From Lama glama (taxonomy: Eukaryota), in contig CM052816.1 of assembly GCA_028534125.1 (NCBI GenBank), positions 19,718,001 through 19,782,000 of the forward strand: a stretch of DNA of 64,000 nucleotides, read 5' to 3'. Of this stretch, positions 23,150 through 34,445 are shown one piece after another; the stretch's first letter is position 1, and each line of letters starts with the position of its first letter. Under the pieces are notes generated by a model, which saw only the letters and a list, made by a program, of their open reading frames with translations, had not been told where the DNA came from and ran no database searches. Both the position numbers and the translations under genes were made by a program.

Positions 23150-23930
23150 TGGCGCTTCTGTGAGTCCTGAATCTTCATCTCCACGAAAAGGGGCCTTTGC
23201 TGCCTCCTCTGGCAGCTCTGCGCACGGACCGGGGAGCCGGACGAGGGGCGGAGGCCGGCTCAGGGAGCGTGTAGTGCTCCCTCTGCAACCCGCTGTCGAC
23301 TTCGTCCCTTTCTTCCACAGTTACAGGAAGGCAGGGCCTGGGTCCCCTGGCCCCAGCAGGCCCCAAACAATGCCTTATCCTCCCGGGAGTCTCTTGTCCC
23401 TTAACTGCCTCCCTGTTCCTGAAGGCTGACGTAGAGAAGAGCCTTCTCCGAGCTGGCCGGCAAAGGGCCATGGAGACGGCGGCGTGTTGTGTAGGGGACG
23501 AGAGGGCCGGGGTCCTGAGACTGGGAGTGCAAGCGTGGCCCTGGCCCCCTGCCCCGTGGGCCTCGGGACCCGCAGCTGGAGGCATCCGGGCTGGGCAGCA
23601 GATGGCGCCACAGACCCTACCTAGCAGGAGCTTGGCCAGAACAAGGGAAGTTCAGGGTGGGCAGAGAACTCCCTCCCCGCAGCCTTCACTCACCTGCCAC
23701 GCAGTCTGTGTGCCACCGTACATTGCTTCGGGACTATCGGATTAAAGTCTGTCTCCCACACTGGCCTGGTCTCTGCAGACGGGCAGGCGGTCATCCCAGG
23801 GTCCTCAGGGCCCGGTGGGCGGCGCTCGGAGCGCTGACTCGTGCGCAGGAAGGAAGCGCGGTGAGTGGCCCCGCCCCTCGCGGGAAGCGCCCACACCTGC
23901 CTTCCCCTCAGACTCTTCTGTCGTTGGCCT
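23150..23930. promoter_or_regulatory. Intergenic CpG-rich element (borderline CpG island) with GC boxes, an E2F-like site and a CTCF motif
   Basis: About 49 CpGs in ~780 bp by hand count, against CpG-poor flanks. Contains ggggcgga and ccccgccc GC boxes, gcgggaa, and CTCF-like tgggcagcagatggcgcca at 23592-23610. Confidence 0.65.
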
Positions 23931-23934
23931 GTTA

Positions 23935-24100
23935 GTAATTATTTTATATTGATTACATGTTCAAGTGATCATATTTTGGATATAATAGACTAAATAAAAT
24001 GTTATTAAAACTCATTTTACCTGTTTCTTTGTACTTTTTAACAATGTGGCTGCTAGAATTACACATACAGCTCACACTTAATTTCTTTCGAAACACTGCT
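23935..24100. mobile_element. MER33/MER3-like hAT-Charlie MITE fragment
   Basis: atattgattacatgttcaagtgatcatattttggatata...ttacctgtttctttgtactttttaacaatgtggctgctagaa. Confidence 0.75.
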
Positions 24101-25509
24101 GCCTCGGGGCCCCCAGGTGCCTTGACTTCTCCTGCCCCACAGTCATCAGCCGGATCAGCTGTGCAGCTGCAGGCCTTGCAGCGGGGCCTCACATCTTCTG
24201 GAGCACTGAGGCCAAGTGGGCCTGGCTTTGGGTGGGCACCAGGAGGAGAGAGAGGCTGGGGTGCTGAGCCCAAGGCAGCCGGCCTAGAGAGCTGACAACC
24301 CCAAACCACAGCTGGGGGGCTGGCCACCCAGGAGCCCCCTCAGCCCTGCCTCATGCTGACTCTGCCATTACGGATCTCACTCTCAGTCGAGAACCTTGAG
24401 AGAGCACCCATGTCTGTCAGACAGGGTTCCCTGGTCCCTATGGCAGGGATGTGGCCTGTCAGTGAGGAAACTCTCCCTCCGTAGGTGTTCAAAGCACAAA
24501 CACCCTCCACCTCAGGCTTATTCCCAACACCTTCTGCACTGTGGAATCACAGAACTTTGTATCTGGAGGTGCCCTCGGGGATCTCCCTTTTACTGCTCCA
24601 GGGAGGATGTAGGGCAACAAAGACGTCAACAACTAAGTCAGCAGCCCCAGAAGCTTGATTCCTTGAGTCTCAATTCAAGCCCCTTTTCACAGCCTCCCCT
24701 CAGGCTCTCAGAGGAGGTCCAAGACTCCTGCACAAATAGCTTGATCCATCTTTGCATGTGCCAAGTCTTCTCCCTGGAGTGCTTATTGTCCCTTCCTCCT
24801 ATCCAGCTCTCCTTGGGCAAGCAACTGTTCTCCAGGCCTGCAGTGCCTGGAAGCTCTAGGAGGGCAGGGTCCTGGTGAACCCACAGTATTCGATCCAGCA
24901 CACTGGCAGAATGAGACACATGGTCAGTAGACCACCTGTCAAATGAATGAATGCATGAACAAATGATGCTACTTCCTTAGAGCAACCCTTCCTGAATGTC
25001 CACCCCCCCAGATCAGCCCAGACCTTCATAGTACCTGCCAGAGCCCTCACTGTCTGTGTCCCTGCTGGACTGTGAGCTCCCCCAGGGCAGAGATGGTGGC
25101 TGCATTCCCCATACATTACAGAGCCCGGCCCAGAGTAAGTACTCAGGACATAATGAGTGAAAAACAAATCTGGGCAAAAATCTTTCCTGATCTAGGAACA
25201 GATGCCTAAGTTTCCTCCCAAACCTTCCCATTACCCCAGGTAGGTGGCTCAAGAGGTAGTGACTTTGACACTTACCAGAGGTATGGCTTTGGGTAGCTCC
25301 GTCATCCACTTTGAACTCCAGGGGATGAAAGCAAGGAGGAACAAACGAAATAGTGCCCAGCCCCAATGTGTACTGAGCACTCACTATGCCCATCACTTTA
25401 CCACTCCTTAGGAAGCAGCAGCAGGTCCCTTGGGACACCCAGGGAACACTCGCTGTTTCACTGAGCACCCCCTACCCCACCCCACTCAATGCAACGGAGC
25501 CTCACGCCA

Positions 25510-28500
25510 GCCAGCACAGAAAACATTGCTTTATTAATTGCGTTTGCCAACACACGAGGAGTGCAAAGGGCTCCTGAAGACACAGGCCCTGGTGGGGGCT
25601 GGGCTCTGGAAACCCCCATGAGTGAGCAGGACAGGATGGGACTGGGAGCTACGCAGCAGCGGCAACACAGAGTCATGCAGGGCACACGGGCATTGGCCAC
25701 CCCAGGCGGCCATACATTCTATTGCTCGTTGAGGGTAGCGAAAATGGACAATGTACAAAAAGGAGAAATAGGTCTTTGCATTAATGAAAAATACATTTTT
25801 CTCTACAAAGGAATCTTTTCTAATACAAGAAAATAAATATTGCAACATAAGCCAAAAATAATTTAAAATTGCTCTTTTCAATATATTTTCAATATTTCTC
25901 TTGTATATTAACAAATGGCACATCACTTTCTTTGAAACAAAGACAGAAGGTGTCTCCTCCTGCGACATTCATATCTTCCCCCCAACCCCGAGCTGATGTG
26001 GAGCACAGAGTGTTTGTGGATCTGAGGGACATGGTGGCAGGAAATGCCTTAAAGAACAACCAAAGGTCCCAGACTCCAGCCTTGCTCTTTGACCAATGTG
26101 GCCAGCTGGGCAGGGGCATAAGGAGTGGCCTCCCCAAGGGCCTTGCTACAGGCATCCAGACCATCCTGCAGAGTTTCAGACATCGGCAGAGGTTGGCCAC
26201 ATCTGGCAGGGAGCAAGGAAATGTCAGGTCCAGCTGTTGCCCATATCTGTTAGAATTGGACAGTTGACTCCCTAGGAATTGCCCCTGCGAGTTCCACAGT
26301 GTGCCATACACGACCCACACACATGCACACATACACATGAGACGTGCCCTGGCACACACACACACACACACCCACAGTCCAACACCCATGTTTGGAAACC
26401 TGGGTGGCTTCTCCAAGGAACCCGGAACCTTACACTGTAAATGTTCACGCACTGTCACCAAGTCAGAGCTCATTTAATAAAATAGACCCTTCTAACTTTC
26501 TTCTTCTTGTTTATTCTAAAATACATTTATGATGCATAAAAATACTTTCCTTGCACATTATCTTCTCTCATGGTGATGAGGGGGAGGAGGTGGTGGGCTG
26601 CGGGGATTGGGAGGATGGGGATGACAGCCAGAATGAGTTCCGGAGCAGCTTCTCCCTCCTTGGGGAGGGCCAGGGAGTGTGGGCAGATGTGGTCAAGCCA
26701 AAGATCAGCCTCAGCCTTCTGCCTTTCCTGCTTCCCACCGTGACCTCAGAGGCAGCAGAGCCATCTATACTGCGGACGGTAGGATGGGAAAAGAGTGAAG
26801 GGGCTGTGTCTAATGGCAGAAAGGCCAGCGGAGAGAAGTGGCATCCTTATCCTCCATGTAGCCTGGTGGACATCCTAAAGGTGGAGAGAGGCCTGCAAGG
26901 ACAGCTCTAGGGCCTGGCCTGGGAGATCTGCCAGCCAGCCTTACAGCACCTGGGCTCCACGCAGGACATGGGCCCCAGGGACAGTTCAGTCCAAAACAAG
27001 AGCCAGTAGAGAAGAGGGTCTGAATCCAGAGGCCAACTTGAGCAGAGGCCCCCTCAAGAGTGCTGGCTGCCCAGCCTGGCTCACCCAGTCCAGACCTCGG
27101 CCAGACCCACTACCCTCCCACCCTGGTTCTCTCTCCGCCCTCACCCTCAGGGAGCCCATTCTGCCCCAGGATGGCTGAAGGGTCACAGGGCAAGTCTACT
27201 GGACCTGAGCCATTCCTGGCCATGCACCCCCGACCCCACCATGGCACAGTTTGGTTGTTCTTTAAAGCTCGTCCCTTTGCTTCCTGTGAAGTCAGACCAG
27301 GCAACCCAGCACAGACAAGGCTGTGACCCAAGGTGACCCGAGGTGACCCGAAGCACGGGGAAGGAAGAAGGTCTGTTCAAAGGCAGTAAACAGGAATGGG
27401 GTTGGGATGCTGACGCTGACACTGCACACTGGCCACCACTACCAAGGTGGCAGGCAGGCTAAACTCTGCAGGGTAGCTCATGCCATCCCAACGCCAAGTC
27501 CTTGAAGCCCACTCCCAGTCTGCTCCAATTGGACAAATCTGTCCGACCCTTTAAACTTAGTCATTATCTTTGTTTCCTGTTTTGATAAAATTCACATGAA
27601 ACTGAGTGTCGATGACCATGCCACTGTCGTACCTTTACAGTTTGGAGTTGGGGATGGGTGATCTGGCTGCTCCCTATCCCGCTGATTTGCGCTTTGTGTG
27701 TTGTTTGCAGGGAACCCCAGGGTAAGACTCTTGCCACGCTGGTTTCACCGTCAGTATTCTCCCTGCTGTGAGCCTCGGAGTCTACGAGAGCTCACAGCGG
27801 GCCCAGCCTAGGATCTGAAATGCAACACCAGGGTCCCAGTTCCAACAGTTCAGCAGCAGAACAACATCCTCATCCAAGAGCTTGGGCGCACCTCCCTGGG
27901 TGTGTGCAATGAACATGTTTCTAGACTTGGTTGCTAAACAACTCCATTAAAAAAAAAAAAGTCCAAGTGACAAGTTGTCAGGTCCAGGCTGTGCTGTGTT
28001 ATGGTCAAAATATTCTTTGGCATCCACAGAATGATTCGACTGATTCACTGGACTTTTGCAAGGTTCTTGTTGGAGAAGTTCTGGCTTTACCAGTGGCAGA
28101 AGTGACCCAGGAATAATTCATAAAAGAAAAAAAACATGTTTTCACTGAATTCCTTTTTTTTTGTTTGTTCCCTGAGCTATCACCCTGGGGCCACTCCACT
28201 GAAACTTTTCAGAGCTACTACCTGGGACCTAGAGGGTGGGGCAGGGAAGGCAGGAGGGTGATGGTGGGGAGAGGAGGGCACGGCTGGGAAAGGGGGTTAA
28301 GGCTCGGAGGGACAGAGGAACCAGGAAGATCCAGCAAGACTTAAAACAGCCCCAGGAGGCCATCACTGACCCGCCCTGGGCCCCGGGATCCCACTGCTTG
28401 TTGCAAGGAGGAGTTTCCAAAAAGAAACTAAGGAAGAAGCTCATCTCTTAGCAGGACTGGGAAACTTGAAAAGGCAAACGGTCTGGTCTGGTCAGCTGTC

Positions 28501-29411
28501 TGGGACTGACCAGACCTCGGCCGAGACTGGCCCCGAAGGAAGGAAGGAAGGAAGTTGCAGCTCCAGAGTGATTCTCTGCAGTGAGCAAGCCTGAGCCCCA
28601 CGCCCCGTCTGGGCACTGGCCCTCCCTCACAGCCCTCCGCCGGCACTGGCGGCTGGCTGTTTGGGAGTCCCCTGAGAAAATGGCACAGCTCAGGAAGGAT
28701 TCTGGGAAGCCCTTCCCAGAGCCGCTGGGCTGGGCACTAGCAGGGGCAGAGCAGCAAGGGAGTGGAGGGTTGCGGGGTGGGCGGGCAGGCCTCAGATGAT
28801 GTGGGTTGATCAGGAACAGCTGTGGTTCCCTTGGAACCAGCGGGCCCTCAACGCCCCCTCAGTGCTTTCTCATATAAGCTCGTTGTGCTTGTGACAGTGA
28901 GTAGACTCTGGCTGGGTTATCACTTATACTTCCTAGGGGATCAGTGGAGTGCAGCAGGACCCCCCCAAATGGACCCCAGTGGGATTTGAGGGCAAGGTGG
29001 GGCAGGCCCTGGGCTGGCCCATCTGCCATGAAATAATGCCCAAACAAGTCTGTGTCACCCGATGGCAGCGGCCTGGAGTCCTGAGCTCTCCTTCACCTTG
29101 CCTACATCTAGCCAGGAGCCCAGCAATGCCGCATGGGCCGGGTGGGGATGCTGCCGCGGCAGGGATGGTGCACAGGACCTGGTGTGGTCCTTGTGGCCGG
29201 AGCCGTGGAAGGAATCCTAATGTCCTAGGCCAGCACAGAGGAAAGACAACAGTGTGGAATTTGAAACTCTTTCTATATTAAAAATAAAACCACAACAGAG
29301 TGGCAACCTCAAGGGTCTGAGACACTCAGCAGAGATTGGAAATGGCAGTTGTGACTGGGCTGAGGCCTCATGGGGGAACAGGGCAGGGCCCAGGACAGGG
29401 GTAAGGGTGAC
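25510..29411 (-). other. JADE2: JADE2 3' UTR (~3.9 kb)
   Basis: Runs from the stop codon to minus-strand AATAAA at 25530-25535; little recognisable transposon sequence and an AU-rich distal block at 25740-25930. Confidence 0.75.
25530..25535 (-). terminator. Distal poly(A) signal of JADE2
   Basis: Plus-strand tttatt = minus AATAAA in ...GCAATTAATAAAGCAATGTTTTCTGTGCTGG; a G-rich element follows downstream at 25467-25483. Confidence 0.75.
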
Positions 29412-30220
29412 TTAGGAGGCCAGTACCCCCATACGGACCACCTCCTCAGTCCCTGCTTCCCGGGGACCCCGCTGCACCCCGCTGTCCTCAGCCTCCACAT
29501 CTGAGTCGCTCATCTCCCCATCAGAGAAGTAGCCATCAGTCTCAGTGTCAAAGTGTAGGCTGACCTTTGGCCTCTCGGCCACAGCAGAAGGTGGTCCTGT
29601 CCCCGCATCAGGCCTGGCACCTGGAGACCTCCGGGTTCCCTTGCTCTCTCGGGGCGGCCGGAGCCGGCCCGAGGGCTTGGGGCTGGCCGGAGGGCCAGGC
29701 ACTTGGACATTCGAGTCGGCAGCCACTGGGGCTGCCTCGTCCGGGGTCTCAGGGGCCAGTGGTGGGGGGCTCTCGGGAGCTGCTGGGATGGGACTGTCCC
29801 CAGCCGTAGGACTGGACAGCAGGTGAGAAGGCGTTCGCCGTGGTGGCTTCCTCGCAGGTGGTCCCTGACCCCCCTTGCCACTGCCAGCATCCTGGCCCCA
29901 GGGCTTCTTGGAGGGTTTGTCTGGAGTCGTCCGTGAACCAGGCCCGTCCTGTGGTGGTTTCTTCTTAGCAGGTAGGCGGGTGCGGCCACGGGCCTTCCTG
30001 GCAGGGTCACCAGGTCGCAGGGAGGGGTCCCGCATGAAGCTCAGCAGAGTCTCCTCGTCCTGCAGCAGCTCCTCCGACAGCAGCCCCGGAGCAGGGTCCT
30101 CGCGGTGCCCATTGTTTAGTGACCACTCGCTCATGGCCATGTTCTCCGCTGTGATCTGCACCGACTGCGCCAGCCAGCTGTTGAAGAAGGTGCCATCGAT
30201 GGGGAACGAGGTGGATAGGC
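29412..30220 (-). CDS. JADE2: JADE2 last coding exon (809 bp incl. TAA): GLSTSFPIDGTFFNSWLAQSVQITAEN...DTETDGYFSDGEMSDSD...VVRMGVLAS*
   Basis: Acceptor ttctcccctcggccag|GCCTA; ORF 29412..30161 matches the JADE2 C-terminus. Confidence 0.97.
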
Positions 30221-30642
30221 CTGGCCGAGGGGAGAAAGGAGGCAGGTAAGATAAGAGCAGGTGTGTGTCCCACCTCTTTCAGAACGTCTTCTCTGACCCT
30301 CCCAGCACACCACTGAGCACCTTCCTCCCTCTTTCCCTCTGTGCTAGACCCAGCTGAGTTATCTTGTTTTGTCCATCCCTCTTGCCAACACCACCAAAAA
30401 GTAGGATTCATAGCAAATACCCCTCTCCCCAGAAGGACATCCTGCTCCTGGGACTGGCTTCATAATTTGAGGAGCAGAGTACAAAGTGAAAATGTGGCCT
30501 CCCTGTTTAAAACTTACGAATTTCAAAGTGGCAACAGCAGAGCAGTAAACCAAGCTGCATAGGTGCACACCATGAAGATGGCCTTGCCTACCACTTGGCA
30601 TCCTGGGGCATAAGGGATGGAGAAATGGAGGAAAACACACTC

Positions 30643-30661
30643 AGGCCACCAGGGGGCACTG
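30643..30661 (+). promoter_or_regulatory. Near-consensus CTCF motif in the last intron of JADE2
   Basis: aggCCACCAGGGGGCACtg versus consensus TGGCCACCAGGGGGCGCTA; the 14-bp core fully satisfies CCASYAGRKGGCRS. Confidence 0.75.
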
Positions 30662-31517
30662 GGTTTTTTAAATGGGTGTTGCTTCCCAGAGCTTCCAAAG
30701 CAGGAAACTTGGAAAAGGGTGTCAGACATGAATAGGACAGTAAGACATAACTGGGTAGAAGGTCTCTTTTGGATGTAGGGCCAGCTCTAGCTGTGGGCCC
30801 TCCCTCCGTAACAGAGGTCTTGGGAGAGGGCAGCTGGTGAGACTGGGCTTCCCATCAGATACCAAGCTGTCCTCTTCTGGAGACTGAGGAAAATAAAAGA
30901 TGACCTGGGGCTTCTGTGCTAGAGGTGAGGTGGGGAAGGGGATTCCACCTCATCCTTGAGAAGTGTTCTAGAGGAAGCATGTGACATCCTAGAAGACAAA
31001 GCCCAAGGCTGGGGGGGTCCCTCCAGGGCTGCTGTGCTTAACTTTAACAGGTCAGGAGTAAAGAGGTCTGTCTGTGACAGTGAGATGGGCTGGGCCAGGG
31101 CCACTCCTTTGGGTCTCTCTAGGTGGCTCTCAGAAGGTTTGCTGGTGCTGAAGGAGGGCCCGTTTGAGGACATTCCAGCAGAGATGGACAGGGACAGAAA
31201 ATTATGGCAGGGCCTCACCTCCCAGTGTGATGCTGGGTTCCTGGAAGGGCCTTGCAGTCCCTGAGCATCTGGGTCCAGCCTCCAGGTCTACAAAAGGGGA
31301 ATTCTTGGGATGCCAGAAGGGTCTCAGAGACCCCTGTCTCCTTTACGGCTGGAAGGTGAGAGTGCCTGAGCAATGAAGGGCCTAGCTACTGTTCTTGGAC
31401 CTCCCACTCTGCAGCAAGGATGCTGGTGGTTCCCACTGGCCTTTCATGGGGAGCTGCAAGTGGAGTGACAGTATGGGCCTGGCCATGTGCACCAGGCTAG
31501 TGTGGCCACTCACTCAC

Positions 31518-31646
31518 CAAGCTGCCCCAGGACTGAGTCGGGCCCTGCCTTCACTTTCTCTTTCTTCTCGGGGCTGCCCTTCGGGCCCTCGCGGCCTTTC
31601 CTTTTCGAGTCGCTCTTCTTGCCCTTTGCTCTCCTCCCAGACCGCT
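31518..31646 (-). CDS. JADE2: JADE2 frame-preserving cassette exon (129 bp): ERSGRRAKGKKSDSKRKGREGPKGSPEKKEKVKAGPDSVLGQL
   Basis: gacgcag|AGCGG...CAGCTTG|gtgagt; phase 1-1 with a length divisible by 3; matches the insert of longer JADE2 isoforms. Confidence 0.92.
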
Positions 31647-34327
31647 CTGCGTCAGGGAAACAGAGAGCAGGAGGGAGACAGTTACCGCAAACAGCCCAGC
31701 CAGAACCATGATCACTGCATGGCATCCCAGGAGTCCTCCATCACCTCATGCCTCACCTTCTAGGTCACCTCCCCCCGCCTTGGTAGCCCAGGCTCAGAGC
31801 CATGCGAGACCTGGGATAACTGGGGCTCTTGTCAGTCAGGAACAGCTGGTATGGAAGAGAGGGGAATTGCCCTCGAGGGGCTTGGCAGGGAACACAGGGC
31901 CAATGAGGAGGGTGGAAGACCACCCTGTATGAACAACCTGGACTACAGTGTGATCTATGTGGCCTACAGATCTCAGGACTACAGAGAAGTAGGTGGGAAG
32001 GCTGGCTGGAGCTAAGTGGACAGGGCAGGGCCTTGAATTCCAGGCTGAGGAGCTGGACATGAATGTGGACAGGACACTTTCTGTGGAGTCAAGAGGCCTG
32101 GGTTCCAGTCCTGACACAGCGGTCAGCCCCCTTGAACAAGTCCCCTGCCTTGGTCTCCCGGTCTGCTTTAGAGATCAGACAGTAGAAGGGAGATTCAGGG
32201 TGCACCCTGGCCCTCACAGTCTTTTAGACCATGATCCCACATAGTTTTAGGGAGCCACAGAACACAGCAGAGCAGGGGAGGGACGTGTGGAGGGGGCGGC
32301 CCAACTGCCAGGAATCTTCTCCCAGCTTTTCAGACAGCGGCTGGAGGGCTGACTGAGTTTAAGACAAGGCTGAGGAGTATGGCCCCAGCTCTGGGGGTCT
32401 TCCCAGTTCTGCTGTTAATTCCCTGTGCAACTTCAGGCCAGACCTCCGTCTCCTCACCTACCACATGGGACCAGTGTCTAGGTACCTCAGAGGGAGGCTT
32501 CTCAAGATTTCCACTGCCCTCGCCATGGTCTGAGCTCCTGTCAAGGGCCACAAGACCTCTGACCCTGGCAGCCTCTCAGCCTCACTTCAGACATTTTTCT
32601 TCTGCCTTGTTGCAGCTAGCTATGCCAGCTTCCTTCCAGTTTCTTTAACAAGACAAGCTCTGGCCTCCAGGTCTCCAAATATGCAGTCTCCTTGTCCTGT
32701 CCTTCACCTGGTTCAGCTCACAGCCAACATCACTGCCACTGGGAAGCCTTCTGCAGCCCTCAGGCCAGGCAAGCCTTGGCAAGATGCCTGCAGCCTATGT
32801 TCCATCCCAGGGGTCAAGCGTCACAACACTGAGGGCATCACTTCGGGGAGAGGCAAGCCAATCTTCTCTCCAAATACCCTTCTCTGACCCAAAGGCTGCC
32901 TATTACTGCCACCTAGGTCTAGGAACTACAAATATCTCCAGACTCAACGTGGGGATGCGGATCCTCCAGCCTCCTGACCGTGTTTCTGGAATCCTGTACC
33001 TGAAGGCACTGCATGCCTTTGCCACTCTCTGTTGCCTTCCTGCCGTGGGAAGTGTGGCCACAGTGAGTACTAGAGTGTCTGAGACATTGTTTCAGCATCA
33101 CCACCACCAAGAAGCCATCCCTGATATCTCTCTCCCTGAACTGGCACCAACTGTAGTTGGAGACCGCTTTCCTTTGTCCTTCCAGATGGTGAGCTCCATG
33201 AGGACAGGAATCCTGTCCATTCAGTCCACAGCAGGATGCCCAGTGCAGAGCCTGGAATCCTGTCTAACCCAATTAGTGCTGGTCAAATGAGCCAACAGAT
33301 GAGGGAGCCTGGTGTAAGGTCCAGCAGCCAGGAAGCTGCCAGTCTTTGGGGTGCACGGTGAGCTCTGACGACTACATGGCTGTGACTCACCCTGACTCAG
33401 CACCTGTACTCAGCAGTGCTGGTTTTTTGGGACAGAGTGGACGGTGATCCCAAAGTACAGCTGAGGCAGCTCAGCTCTGGGGCAGGGGTGAGGCAGTACC
33501 AAGTCCTCAGTCATCGCTCCAGTGGAGGCCCAGCAGCTCTCTTCCCTCTACTCCAAGCCCAGCCTGACCCAGAGGCAGCCCCTGGCTTAAAACCTCTCTC
33601 CATCCACCTTTTCTGCTGCATGCAATTCAACATTAGAGCAGCGCTGTGCCATTTTTCTGGGCTAAGCACTGCCCTCCTTAACATGTAAGCACTCTGGGAA
33701 GGGCCCTGTTGTCTAGCAGATTCACAACTAGTAAGTAAGACCACTGTTAGAGCCTCTTTGACCTTTGATTTCCATATGAGATGGTAAGAGCATAAGAATG
33801 AGACAGAGGGAAAAAACTGTTGGCGCAAAGCCTGAGTCCTGTCAGACAGGGTCAGAGAGAACGAACGCATAGGTCCTCTTCCATCTCTGAGACAGCTGCC
33901 TTCTTCAGAATCAACATGCAGGCACACAGGGGTTCAGGGAAGCTCACCAACTTGGACCCTTCCTGCCCCGGCTCCAGCACAGAGCCACTGGGACTTCTGT
34001 ACCTGTTAACGTGTGATTTACTCCTGAACTGGTGCTAGGGCCCCAGCACCACCTGAGAGTCCCAGTGAACCAGAAAGCTCCCCGAATGCAGGCCTGATGC
34101 CCACATTCCAACCTCTGGCTCTCTGCCTGCCAACACACACGTAGGACCCTGGGAAGCCCCGACTTGGGCCTATTAACTAGATATAGAGGGTAGGGGTGGG
34201 GGCCAGTGGCCCCTGGCTCCACGTTCAGACCCCACCAGGCCCTGAAGATACACATCTTCCCTGGGACGCAGCCCTTCGAGGGTGTGCACACAAGAGGCGG
34301 CTGGCAGCGGGCAGGGAAGGCGCCTAC

Positions 34328-34445
34328 CTCGACACAGATCCTGTTCAATAAGCTTCATCTGCAGGTGGAATATCTGCTCCTGGAGTTTGCAGATGGCGTG
34401 TTTCGTTCTCTCGCGCCTTGTCACCATGTAGCACAGATTTCTAAC
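34328..34445 (-). CDS. JADE2: JADE2 coding exon (118 bp): VRNLCYMVTRRERTKHAICKLQEQIFHLQMKLIEQDLCR
   Basis: cctcag|GTTAGA...TGTCGAG|gtaggc; EPC-II/JADE domain region. Confidence 0.97.

Noticed and set aside
25889..26473. 194-aa ATG-initiated sense ORF in the JADE2 3' UTR
   Set aside because: No recognisable domain, runs through the UG repeat (CVCVC), and GC-rich sequence easily gives such ORFs. It would need Ribo-seq or codon conservation.
28535..28554. (GAAG)5 as an ETS-responsive GGAA microsatellite
   Set aside because: Too short to be notable, with no other support.
29510..30411. Overlapping and antisense ORFs on the last JADE2 exon
   Set aside because: Shadow ORFs of a GC-rich coding exon.
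34173..34327. Alternative C-terminus by read-through of the QDLCR exon
   Set aside because: About 50 open codons in GC-rich intron is expected by chance, and there is no canonical poly(A) signal close by.
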